From the NCBI GenBank assembly GCA_008690995.1, contig VRMN01000002.1, positions 1,488,001 through 1,552,000 on the forward strand: DNA of 64,000 nt. The letters run 5' to 3'. The position numbers and the translations under genes were made by a program. Below are positions 20,901 to 29,592 of the stretch, piece after piece. Under the pieces are notes generated by a model that was not told where the DNA came from, ran no database searches, and saw only the letters and a program-made list of their open reading frames with translations. Position 1 is the first letter of the stretch. Every line of letters begins with the position of its first letter. This stretch comes from Porphyridium purpureum. Taxonomy: Eukaryota.

Positions 20901-22028
20901 GACAAAGCGGACGCAACAATGTCGCCCGAACGAAAGAAAAAGCGCGGGGATAAAATGAAGCCGGCAAGCAAGGAGCGCATGATTCGAGAGCGCGAAGAGG
21001 CGATGCTGCGAGAGCAGGTGCTCGACACAGCGGAGGACTTTGAGCGAGTGCTGGTCGGGGCACAGAATGCATCCTTGGTGTGGATTCGGTACATGGCATT
21101 TCACGTTTCGCTAGCGCAGCTGGCAGAGGCGCGCAAGGTTGCGGAGCGCGCGCTAGGGCTCATTGGTGTGCAGTATGAAGCCGAGAAAATGAACGTGTGG
21201 TTGGCGTATTTGAATTTGGAACTTCAGTTTGGCGGAACGGGTGGTGTTGGAGGAGTGGGCACAAATGAGACCGTAGACGATGAAGCCGGTGATGGTGCGG
21301 AGCACGTTCAAAAGGAGCGCGGTCCTGTTCCGCCTTCCTTTTTCACGTTGCTCGATCGCGCGTGCAAGCTCGCAGACGAGAAGCACCTCCTGCTCCGCAT
21401 GATGTCGTCAGTACGATCGATGCCCCAGCCCCCGGAGCAAGTGGTGTCCGAGTTGACGCGACGACTGCTCGCCAAACACCGGCAATCGAAGAAGGTGTGG
21501 ATTGGCCTGGCAGAGTACGAATACAAGCGCGGCGACGGTGCCGCCGCGCGCAAGCTGTTTGAGCGCTCGCTGTTGTCTCTACCAAAGTACAAGCACATCC
21601 GGACGATTTTAGCCTTTGCGCGGCTCGAGTACCGCTCGGGCTCGCGCGAGTCTGGCCGGACAATGTTCGAAGGGCTGGTCGGAAACATGCCCAAGCGGCT
21701 GGACTTTTGGAACGTGTACATAGACCTTGAACTGAGCCAGCTCCGCCACGCCGTTGCCGCGGCGCAAGACCGAGACGAGGCGGCTCCTTCCAGAAGCCAG
21801 CCGCTGGCGGCGACGTTGCTGGCGCAGGATACGGCGAAGGACGTCGTGTTTATCCGGCGTCTGTTCGAGCGGGTGTGCTCACTGAACCTGTCGTCGAAGA
21901 AGATGAAGTTCTTCCTGAAGCGGCACCTCGAGTTCGAGCGAGAGTATGGCTCGCCTGCGCAGATGCAGGTGGTGAAGCAACGCGCCATTGCGTACGTACA
22001 GACCCACGGCCAACCGCAACACGCTTGA
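14934..22028 (+). CDS. RRP5: rRNA biogenesis protein RRP5 (multiple S1 domains plus C-terminal HAT/TPR repeats)
   Basis: Repeated S1 motifs, acidic linker, then AEDFERVLVGAQNASLVWIRYMAFH, ESGRTMFEGLVGNMPKRLDFWNVY, KKMKFFLKRHLEFE; start inferred at MDTAGMFPRG. Confidence 0.93.
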   Translation: MDTAGMFPRGPRSPAPVAARLYTPRGEKRKGDSALPASTPKKSKGQGLSDTRTPKNLFGSAPGTAARKAAAAASSAPPGQRKKMKHVAMDKADEARSGDDDHNKLDEDAPEGARRERIPGMADTPRADNEMGIAARVPGLQLSTVSEGVVCLAVVQHIVGTTLKVMLPGNIMAEAAGGEPLLRLDEGKPARSPHGGVAKDDDSDASSSSGSSDSEADAQGTANGHRLRERAKSRHKLHCPYEVLSPGDLILASVISVVEDPAKAGRKIVHVSLHPNHVNRRSRGSFVLECVEKGSLLYGVISSMEDRGCVISFGDNLTYPANASDLAFNGFYEFDDTADEPHRHPRKMAVGTPLLVVVTDEKMAKKKRQAARTTASSGRPVVIQVSADLNLVRKKSASEYPGMAIENLLPGLLVRAIVQNTSRSGDVWVQLLTFFRGMIPWLQRPVTDEDLDLPNVTDSDTDDERHSKGGIKSAPRTGADLAPGTQVLARILFVDISLKVIGLTLLPSVVQDFTIPASGERQYPVGSIVDAKVDRIDTRLGLGLIAHVDGAGKLRCFAPNANLTDGPGDAKAASGFKRGQSVQARVLAHSKFDGAVIVSLKPSVLSLRVLSAGEVQAGEVYSATVVGPSTSGARGNASPEQGFIVKIENRVNAFVSVDHASDTSKSRKLKERFAPGSEVTVRVLWVDSKRRRIFATAKKSLVKHLTKAQVLLSLEQAASSVGEQFAGVVMGITKTKAVRVSFFNRLVGILPFGELGLDAAASTEKQVEALFPAGRTLPCRIASVDARAKRVLLSLKGADEIRQLFRSRNTASSQALGVGSLVSGRVVKILTTSFMVSVQPAATTHLDHSVDEAEHVTGSVDAELPFQHLSDIPELVPIWKAVLREAMKAGEGAPLILDRLLVIRTASTRGQGCSGHVVSLKPSLIRSVLDSKFVGALEELETGTILSGYVQHVNGHGAVISLTGGPVTGFVRKSRVADAFVSDPQDRMVVGQSVAALVESIDRETKRVMLSLRSSDIITARTAMMSEANANTPSQTRGKPPLGAFAADFPAMRYDELASLSVLFLQHAKPPRDPVPDDLGGAAPILANLQVLKPGSVIPVRATALDKSGAIFQCLLGTSTSKSLRAVSVFGQGSVVQPKIGALYGAQVLDVNIGSGLVDVVVEKELDGGEDSDSVLAARSVVAPPLLKRLVPTHKVKCTVQLVKDAEVYLSVSKKSGGSAVVVASLLEVNSNWGFNARQASAGTKTSVVDSTLRSMFTVGTTVTGVVHAVQSSDSLVNTIEVSEWIHEQVARKKPRASGAGGGSGALSTENAEGGNEEQLQKEPIAEVGSRCAGMVTSKRALQVFLSVDRSTFARLHVTDMQVTYGDEVVRKYLLEPHILKSSRIASLSMGASVDVRVYAIQDNNRAVQTDGGHAEGTRKRLASVTTLLDAKQSGCINEIDERTLWSDTLAEGRVVLGFVCSVAANEREAFVALTSSISGRVVEIEATDDLDLLSDEKKKVFDSWDVGDGVLVRVLAQNVAERRVALTSVIRSAPCAEQSVVVARIVQISPNFGVRVVLPQYTGLKAKYGRIHLAELADNFDAVEALLAGYIPGQYVQAVVVSVRDGEGSENQHNRRIDLSLRESRLQKSLGSVEIASGSEGEPGVPLKTRKRRMNHEHVSVRDAVVVAADDLKLGQKVRGFVTESHAKKGVFVELGSCVHAHVNLNQLSDGFVEDVVAGFPKGKLVSGTIIGIDTTSSSVEMSFKSAPRVDRSSAVWQLISPGDLLRGTVSKLTKYGVLISLAPGGVYGLCHRSQLKDDVSVDDPSTNTMLGLNVGDSVVAKVLKVDHAKRRVDLGLKESLLADQDPASIKSLLGLSFSEVDAGTKDIDMEPAIENNADGSSDEQASSGADETDDDEDESGSSSSGDNGSESDGQDDDKESSSSDGEGNSANIENGDQPDQIGKGNGRRSDGHGFAFFESDDEFEGAAEGERDESTGEAKAKRGSNGDDKADATMSPERKKKRGDKMKPASKERMIREREEAMLREQVLDTAEDFERVLVGAQNASLVWIRYMAFHVSLAQLAEARKVAERALGLIGVQYEAEKMNVWLAYLNLELQFGGTGGVGGVGTNETVDDEAGDGAEHVQKERGPVPPSFFTLLDRACKLADEKHLLLRMMSSVRSMPQPPEQVVSELTRRLLAKHRQSKKVWIGLAEYEYKRGDGAAARKLFERSLLSLPKYKHIRTILAFARLEYRSGSRESGRTMFEGLVGNMPKRLDFWNVYIDLELSQLRHAVAAAQDRDEAAPSRSQPLAATLLAQDTAKDVVFIRRLFERVCSLNLSSKKMKFFLKRHLEFEREYGSPAQMQVVKQRAIAYVQTHGQPQHA

Positions 22029-22512
22029 AAACAACACACACACACACACGCAAGCACACCAACATCCATCGACACGCACTGTACCCGGCTCCCGATTCTT
22101 GGTGGCGTTCGTCATCCAGCAAGTCACTCACTCGCTCATATCAAAACAATCCGTTTTTATTATTTCTATACTCGCGATCTGGCTGACGCCACTGGCACGG
22201 GGAAAAAAGGAAGAAGAAGAAAAAACGCCGAAGAAGTTTGTGCAGGGACAGAACGTGTAGGTTGCTGGTGATGTGGGTGTAGGGTGGGGTGGTGGGGTGG
22301 TGGGGTGGGAGCATACGTTCGGGAGTGGTGAGGGGAAGGCGTGGTGCAGGGTGCAGCGCCACGGAGATGAAAATGGCACGGGCAGTGGGGATGGGCAGGC
22401 TGCTGCCGCGCTCGGCCGACGCGCGCGCGCGCGTGGCGCATCGTCGTCGCGCGCCGGCTCGCGGCGGAATCGGGATCGAGACCGGGCGCGCCCGCGTCGA
22501 GCCACGCGCCAC

Positions 22513-24159
22513 ATGCAGCTGTGTGCGCAGGCCGACGCCAGGCTGAGGCTCAGGCGCGCTGGCGCCAGCGGCGCCGCGAGCCGCGGCTCAATATGTACGT
22601 CAACGCGGCAGGTGTGGGGCGCGAGTGCGGGGGATGGGGAAGCAGGAGCGGGCGTGCCTGCAGACGGAGGAGACGGACCAAGCACAATTGATGGCAGCGG
22701 AAATGGGGGCTCTGCGTCTGGGGTCGGGGCGGGGTCGGGCACTGAGGATGGCGGCTCGAGTGGTGGCGGAGTGGAGGATGCAGGCGCGCCACTCGCGAAT
22801 GGCGGGACGTTGCTGTCCGAGGGAGTGTCGAATGAGCCACGGAGCTTATCTGAGCTGACGCCCAAGGAAATCGTGGCCGAGCTGGACCGGTACATTGTAG
22901 GGCAGGCTGATGCGAAACGCGCCATGGCGATTGCCCTGCGCAACCGTTGGCGCCGCAAGCAGCTTCCCGAGAAAATGCGCGACGAAGTGATGCCCAAGAA
23001 CATGCTGATGATCGGGCCGACTGGCGTGGGCAAGACAGAGATTGCGCGGCGGCTTGCAAAGCTTGTCGACGCACCTTTTATCAAGGTGGAGGCAACCAAG
23101 TTTACTGAAGTGGGCTTCCATGGCCGAGACGTGGACCAAATCATTCGCGACCTGCTCGAAAATGGCATCAGCCTGGTGAAGCAGCGCCACCGGCGCAAAC
23201 TCAAGGCGCAGCTTGAGCGCCAGGTGGAGGACCGTTTGCTCGACGAGCTCGCGGGAGTGAATGCGCGCGACACGACTCGCGACAGCTTCCGAACGCTTCT
23301 GCGAAATGGTGACCTGGAGGATCGCGAAATCGAAATTGAAGAGTCGAGTCGGCCCAAGGTCCCCCACATTTTGCAGGACGTAACCCCAGGGCAGTCGGAC
23401 GTGCTACGCCACCTAGACAAGATGCTGACGGTATCGCGCTCTGGGGGTACATCCGGGAATAAGCGGCTCATGTCGGTCAAAGAGGCTCGCACAGTGCTGG
23501 AGGAAGGCGAGGCTGAGAAGCTTATCAATGATGACGCAATTTTGCGGCAGGCCATTGAAGCGACCGAGCAGGACGGCATTGTCTTTATTGATGAGATCGA
23601 CAAGATCTGCACGCCGTCTGGATACCGGCATGGCGCAGACGCGTCCAGCGAGGGCGTGCAGCGCGACCTGCTACCGTTGATTGAGGGCAGTATCATCAAC
23701 ACCAAACGCGGAAATATCAACACTGACCATATTCTGTTTGTGGCCAGTGGTGCGTTTCATGCATGCAAGCCTTCCGATCTGATGGCCGAGCTGCAGGGTC
23801 GTCTCCCGATCCGCGTGGAACTGAAGGGCCTCACTGAAGAGGACATGTTTAGAATCTTGACCGTGCCGGAGACGAATCTGGTGCAGCAGCATATTGAGCT
23901 GATGCGTACTGAGGGCGTAACGCTGATCATTACCGACAGCGCGCTTCGCGAGATTGCGCGTGTTGCCGCGGAAGTGAATCGCAATGTTGAGAACATTGGC
24001 GCACGGCGGCTGCATACGGTGCTCGAGCGCATTCTCGAGCAAGTGAGTTTCAATGCGCCTGAAATGAAGGGCCAGACCATCACCATTGACACTGTAGATG
24101 TCAAGGGCTCGCTGAGTGACATGCTGATGAAGACGGATCTTACCAAGTACGTGCTGTAA
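22513..24159 (+). CDS. hslU: ATP-dependent protease ATPase subunit HslU (ClpY), probably mitochondrial
   Basis: LTPKEIVAELDRYIVGQADAK, NMLMIGPTGVGKTEIARRLA, VEATKFTEVG, VFIDEIDK, ELQGRLPIRVEL, NIGARRL; exact start uncertain. Confidence 0.95.
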   Translation: MQLCAQADARLRLRRAGASGAASRGSICTSTRQVWGASAGDGEAGAGVPADGGDGPSTIDGSGNGGSASGVGAGSGTEDGGSSGGGVEDAGAPLANGGTLLSEGVSNEPRSLSELTPKEIVAELDRYIVGQADAKRAMAIALRNRWRRKQLPEKMRDEVMPKNMLMIGPTGVGKTEIARRLAKLVDAPFIKVEATKFTEVGFHGRDVDQIIRDLLENGISLVKQRHRRKLKAQLERQVEDRLLDELAGVNARDTTRDSFRTLLRNGDLEDREIEIEESSRPKVPHILQDVTPGQSDVLRHLDKMLTVSRSGGTSGNKRLMSVKEARTVLEEGEAEKLINDDAILRQAIEATEQDGIVFIDEIDKICTPSGYRHGADASSEGVQRDLLPLIEGSIINTKRGNINTDHILFVASGAFHACKPSDLMAELQGRLPIRVELKGLTEEDMFRILTVPETNLVQQHIELMRTEGVTLIITDSALREIARVAAEVNRNVENIGARRLHTVLERILEQVSFNAPEMKGQTITIDTVDVKGSLSDMLMKTDLTKYVL

Positions 24160-24290
24160 AAGTGAAGTTCTGCTGATATCGTCGAAAGGCGAGATTGCGA
24201 CGCAGGAAGTAAAGAAGTCGGGCGCGAACGCGTCAGCGCATACGCTACAGAAGCAGTGCACTGTGATATGGGTTTGTTGGTTCTACCTGC

Positions 24291-25247
24291 TCATTCCTCT
24301 GGCTCGCGTACGAGAACATAGTATCCTCCTCCCGTATTGGCGCCTTTGCCCACCCGCAGCGTTTCGTCGATGTACTGGATGATGAGACCCGGTACGCGAA
24401 AGCGCTCAATGATCTGCTTGTTCACAATTTGCCAGTTGACAAACCAGCGCCAGAAAATTCGCTTGATCGATATTTCTCGGCGCTCGAACTGAACGTTGAT
24501 CTTCGAGCCGCGAATCCGCTGCTCTACCGCACTCTTTTTCTGATAATCCTTGATGCCTCTGCCTGCACGACCAAGCGACTGGCGCACGAGCCTCTTTGGT
24601 TCCACAGCAAACTGCGCCTTGATGCGGACCTCAATAGTGAGGCCCAGCCAGCGATGATCCACGATCGCCACGTTCTCGAATCGTGCGTTTGCGAGCCGAA
24701 TGTCTTGGTTCACCTTGACCAATCTGAACCCGAACGGCAACTTTGTCAGGCTCGTGATTTCGCGTGCGTCGCTGTACAGCAACCGCCACGAGCCGTCGAG
24801 CACAGCCGGATTCGACGTGAGCGGGGTCTCAAACTGCTTTGCAACGGGGGCGCGCTGCAAAGTGTCGAGAGCGCGCTCGATCTTTTGCTTCCATTCCGTG
24901 CGCTGCGTGGCGTCGCGCAGCTGCACTGGCGTCACCGGCTCGACTGAACCTTCTTTGACCCGCAGCTTTTCACGCATCTGCTGCAGCAGCACCAACAGCG
25001 CCAGCTTGGCATCGTCTGGCGCCGGGGAGACCGAAACCTCTGCCGCTGTTGTGGCACCAAGTCGCACTCGCTGCGTCCTCGCTCTGTTCGCATGTGTTCC
25101 AGATCCACAAGTCAGTTTCCATTCATGTGCGCTGACCCTTCTGTCGCCTAGGCACACTCCCACCCCCGACTCGCGGTGGCCACTGACGTCGCGACACACC
25201 GCGCCACATCCTGCGTCGCGTATGATCGAGTTGACGAATGCACTCAT
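24291..25247 (-). CDS. PAP/fibrillin family plastid lipid-associated protein
   Basis: MSAFV transit-peptide-like start; LDGSWRLLYS and IQYIDETLRVGKG...YYVLVR motifs. Confidence 0.8.
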   Translation of the reverse strand: MSAFVNSIIRDAGCGAVCRDVSGHRESGVGVCLGDRRVSAHEWKLTCGSGTHANRARTQRVRLGATTAAEVSVSPAPDDAKLALLVLLQQMREKLRVKEGSVEPVTPVQLRDATQRTEWKQKIERALDTLQRAPVAKQFETPLTSNPAVLDGSWRLLYSDAREITSLTKLPFGFRLVKVNQDIRLANARFENVAIVDHRWLGLTIEVRIKAQFAVEPKRLVRQSLGRAGRGIKDYQKKSAVEQRIRGSKINVQFERREISIKRIFWRWFVNWQIVNKQIIERFRVPGLIIQYIDETLRVGKGANTGGGYYVLVREPEE

Positions 25248-25684
25248 CGCAACGTGACTCACAACACATCACTTCCTCATCTCCTGGTCCACAAGTTCGT
25301 AAATTTCCTCTGCCACAAGTTTGACTTCGGGAATCCAAGTCGAAGGAAACACCGCACGGACTTGATTCGGCTTCAGCTCAATCGCTGAATTAAGAAGGTT
25401 GCGATCACGCGGCCCAGGCTCGCCGCGGCGCCTTGGACCTCGGGCGAGGTGCGCAAAGGGCGTTTATATCACGGAAATCGACCTGGATGGTCTGTTCCGA
25501 GCCGGGCTAAAGGCAGAATGCGCAAGATTGTGGGAACGTTTTTTTCTCACTCTTCCTCGTCTGGATAGCGCGAGGTAGAATACGCAGGCGCAGTGAGCGT
25601 GCGGTTTCTGCCTAAACTCAACATCCATTTTCTGGTCAGTTGCGCGCTGCCCGACGATGCGGGCCCATGCTCACAGGTATGCAG

Positions 25685-25930
25685 CTAGTCCAGCATGGCG
25701 CCGCGTTGCCCCATCCTGTCACGCACTTGCTCCTTTTCCTCTTTGGCAGCCTGCAGATTTAGCTCTCGCCTCGTTTGCGACTCGTGCTTGAGACACCGGT
25801 CCAGCTCCAAGCGAACGTCGTTGCACACACCCACGTGCTTGTGATACGCGTTGTCGGCGTGGCATCTTTGCAGGGCAAGGATGAATTCCTGGCACACTGG
25901 GAGAACATGGAGTGCTAGATTCGGATGCAT
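25685..25930 (-). CDS. CMC2: Twin CX9C cytochrome c oxidase assembly protein CMC2-like
   Basis: MHPNLALH..C-x9-C and GVC-x9-C twin CX9C pattern, 81 aa. Confidence 0.85.
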   Translation of the reverse strand: MHPNLALHVLPVCQEFILALQRCHADNAYHKHVGVCNDVRLELDRCLKHESQTRRELNLQAAKEEKEQVRDRMGQRGAMLD

Positions 25931-27106
25931 TGCAGCCGCTCAATTCGTGTCTCGCGCCGCGAAAATGTCAAAGCTTCTTCTGCGGTTGCCCTCTGCTGAA
26001 GCCTGCACACTTTGACTCTCCAGCACACAAAGGCGGAAATGGGAGCTTGGCTGTTGTGAACATGGCGATACATATTGAGACTGCATTTCCCCGATGTCTT
26101 ACCTGCAAAGTCGGCGCCCTAACCTTGAGTTGCGCATGGAGAGCGCTGCTCGTGTGGATGGTCTGTCCTTTGACGAGGTGGAGAAGCCGCCGCTGCGTTG
26201 GATGTGCGCGGGCGAGACCGTTTCGTACAGCAAAAGGAACAGATGGTTCCAACTGGAGGTAATTATTTTGACTGTGACGTCCATACAGCTGCGAAGCAAG
26301 TGAGTGAGACATGGCTCAAATGTCCTTGGAGCAACTAAGACTTCCGTAAGGTGAAAATGAAAGAAGGAAATGACTTCCACGTGCGACTGCGCATCATGTG
26401 AGCGCAAAAAATCAGTGCTTCCTCAAAGTCATCCGGACGGATGGCGGCAGAAGCTTTGCGGGACAGACATTCTGCAGTGAATTCGCTGCTGCGCGCAAAT
26501 CGATTGCAAGAGCATCGTGCCCCATTCACTGGAAAAGCAAGAGGTCTCGATATCTCAGGCCTCACATTGGCGGCGACCTTTCAGTTTCTTCCTTTCCGCC
26601 GAAACTGTGCCAAAAGCTATCGACGTTTCCACATGAACCTGCAGCAGACGGAATTATCATACCATATCTCGACCGGCTTGCTCACCACCATGACCACCAC
26701 CACCACCAATCTTGCTCTGCTGCTTCGCGCTCACGTGCATTTGGCGTCTTGCACTCATCCGCCACCAATGAAGTAAAAACCCGCCGCAATGCTAGTAGAA
26801 AGCGACGTATCTGATGAAACAGGCTCGTTTTACAATGGTACACCTTTATGACCCTAGCCAGCTCGATTTTACAGGAGGTGTACTTTCTCATATTGAGAAT
26901 GGGGTGTTTTTATATGAGGATATCCGTTAATCCTTTTTTTATTTAATGGTTTGGTGTTGGCGCAGCAGCGGGAGGAGAATGCAGCTGGAGAGGAGAGCGT
27001 GGTGGAACGAAGAACCAAGGTGAAGAGGAGGAAAGCGGTGAGATACAGAGTGGTTGGACAAGGTGGAGAGAGCGTGTGCGTGTTTATATACATAGTAAGA
27101 GATAAG

Positions 27107-28918
27107 ATGGATGATAAGGGTCGCGCGATGATTCCGCCGACGTCGTTGGATGGAGGTGCGAACACAGAGGAGTTGGTGCGGGAGCTGAAGACGCGAATCT
27201 ATGAGCTGGAAAGCCGCGTGGCTATGGGTGAGCAGACATACTATGCGTCGGACCTGGCGCGGTGCCCCGTTGTGTCCCGAGATGAGCCGGTGTTTCCTCA
27301 GCGCGGCATGCCGAGCCGTTTTGCAAGGCAGATCATTGAGGATTATCACGCCATGGACTGCAACGAACGCCTCAATACGTCGTCGTATGTGAACGTGGTG
27401 TTTGAACCAGACGAGGAGGCCGTGGCCGCTCTGGGAATGCGCATCAACATCGCTGATCAGACCGTCTACCCCGTGACTTTTGAGGTGCACGACCACGTGG
27501 TCAATATGATTGCGCACCTCTGGAACGCACCAAGGGACTCCAAAGTGTTTGTGGAGACGGGTGTCCATGCGGGCGCGGGCACAGTGGGCTCAACCGAAGC
27601 TTGTTTACTCGCCGGGCTTGCGCTCAAGTTCCGGTGGCGTGCATGGTACCGCGCCAAACACGGCCTGTCTGAGGCCGAAGTGCGCCGCGAGTACCCGAAT
27701 ATCGTGATCTCCAGCATGTACCAAGCCGCATGGGAAAAGCTTTTTCGCTACATGGACATTGAGCCTCGCTTGATCCACCCGACTCATAAAACGATGACCA
27801 TCTCGGGCGATCAAGTGGAATCCATGGTAGATGACCACACGATAGGCGTGGTGTGCATCATGGGCAACCACTACTCGGGCCACTATGATCCGGTGTGGGA
27901 GGTCAACGATGTGCTAGAGCGCATGAATAAGGAGAAGGGCTGGCAAATTGGGATCCACGTGGACGCCGCGTCAGGCGGTTTCATTGCGCCTTTCCAGAAG
28001 GGGCTCCAACCGTGGGACTTTCGCCTCAAAAACGTGCTCTCGATTTCGGCGTCTGGCCACAAGTTTGGCGAGTCGGTTTGCGGAACCGGCTGGGTCGTGT
28101 GGCGGGCAAAGGAGGACCTTTCGGAGCACATTGCGATTTCCGTATCGTATTTGGGCGGCAACGCTGACTCGTACACGCTCAATTTTTCGCGACCAGCGAG
28201 CGGAATCATGGTTCAGTTCTACAAGATCCTGAGAATGGGCCATCAAGGTTACGCCAACAAGGCAGCGAACCAGATGGAAACTGCTCGCGTATTGCGCGAA
28301 AGGCTTCGATCCATGACGTACAGGGGCAAGCCGCGCTTTGTTCTATTGGACTATGGTGATCATTTCTGCCTGCCTGTGGTGGCGGCCATGCTGAACCCAG
28401 AGCTGTCGCTTCCATACGATGATATTGACTTGCAGCATACAATCAGCGATGATTATTGGTATGTGAGTGGCTATCGTATGCAATATCATAATCCCATGAC
28501 GGAAGAGGCGGTGCCGCTCTTTACCGATATCGCTGGCGAGCAGAGCATGTTCCGCGTGGTGGTAAAGAGTAACATGACCATGGAGATGGCGCTTTGTCTT
28601 GGCAATGTGATTGAGCGTGCGTGCGGATGGCTGGACGGACACCTGGTGGATGAGCAGCTGAGTATGTTCGAGAGGGACTTGAAGGAACTCCGTTTTGAGC
28701 TCGAAGAGGAAAACCTCCCGGAGAAGGCTGAAGAAGTACGCCTCCTTGAAAAGCAGTCTACGGCGCTTTCGTCTCAAATGAGCACCGCCACCAGAGCACC
28801 AGGGATCCGCCGGCGTGATACTTTGGGTGTGCAAGGCCTGCACCGCTCGGCAACGTCGGCTACGCGAGGCTCCTTCAAGCGCACCGGTACCGCACGCGTG
28901 GCGCACGCGCCTTGCTGA
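27107..28918 (+). CDS. GAD: Glutamate decarboxylase (PLP-dependent, group II)
   Basis: TVGSTEACLLAGLA, IHVDAASGGFIAPF, WDFRL, SGHKFG (PLP Lys), YLGG, LNFSRP. Confidence 0.93.
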   Translation: MDDKGRAMIPPTSLDGGANTEELVRELKTRIYELESRVAMGEQTYYASDLARCPVVSRDEPVFPQRGMPSRFARQIIEDYHAMDCNERLNTSSYVNVVFEPDEEAVAALGMRINIADQTVYPVTFEVHDHVVNMIAHLWNAPRDSKVFVETGVHAGAGTVGSTEACLLAGLALKFRWRAWYRAKHGLSEAEVRREYPNIVISSMYQAAWEKLFRYMDIEPRLIHPTHKTMTISGDQVESMVDDHTIGVVCIMGNHYSGHYDPVWEVNDVLERMNKEKGWQIGIHVDAASGGFIAPFQKGLQPWDFRLKNVLSISASGHKFGESVCGTGWVVWRAKEDLSEHIAISVSYLGGNADSYTLNFSRPASGIMVQFYKILRMGHQGYANKAANQMETARVLRERLRSMTYRGKPRFVLLDYGDHFCLPVVAAMLNPELSLPYDDIDLQHTISDDYWYVSGYRMQYHNPMTEEAVPLFTDIAGEQSMFRVVVKSNMTMEMALCLGNVIERACGWLDGHLVDEQLSMFERDLKELRFELEEENLPEKAEEVRLLEKQSTALSSQMSTATRAPGIRRRDTLGVQGLHRSATSATRGSFKRTGTARVAHAPC

Positions 28919-29592
28919 CGTGGCCATGTTCGCTTTCCTGGCTTTCGACATGACCCGCTCCGATTGGCTGTCTCGGCTGCTGTCGTTGTGGTCTTGGCCT
29001 TTTCGCTTCCCTTTTTTTGTGTGTGCCACTTCTGTTTCCGTGGTAAGAGTTTGTTGGAATAGGTCGCCGGGACAGAATGCCGCCGATAAGCAAGGCCCTA
29101 ACATCCAGTCGGCTGTGCATCTTTTGAGCGCAAGGCCGCACAGGGCCGGCGCATTTTTGAGCTGAAAAGTCTGTAAGTGCATGCGGAAAGCAGCCTTGAG
29201 GGCTACAAGTGGGCGAGTTGCAGATACAGCGGGCATCTGAAATGTGCATTCATGTTGAATGTTTTGGTCTGAGAACTCCGTATCAATGTAGTTCGGCAGC
29301 ATCGCTTCTAGTGAGAGAACTTGGTCTCGTCATGTAGAAGAACGGGCGTTGAAGGATTGCGTTAAAAGGTGCATTGTTGGAGTACTCTATGGCTCCTATT
29401 GCTTCGGGCATCCGTAGATAAGCGGCGTCCTCGGCGGTGCACCTCTCACGTAAGCTTGGTGTCGCGTTCTTTCTCCTTCAACAAAAAGGGTCAAGGCCCC
29501 GGAAGTAAGCCTTTTCGCACCCGTGTGTGAGGATTGGGCGATGGCAGCGGCGACAGAGACAAAACGCACACTTTTTGATTTCTTCTCCCATG

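Noticed and set aside
22128..23723. 531-aa antisense ORF over hslU
   Set aside because: Antisense shadow of a conserved gene, with no recognisable domain
25968..26891. Several 70-140 aa ORFs between CMC2 and GAD
   Set aside because: No recognisable motifs and mutually overlapping frames; cannot support any
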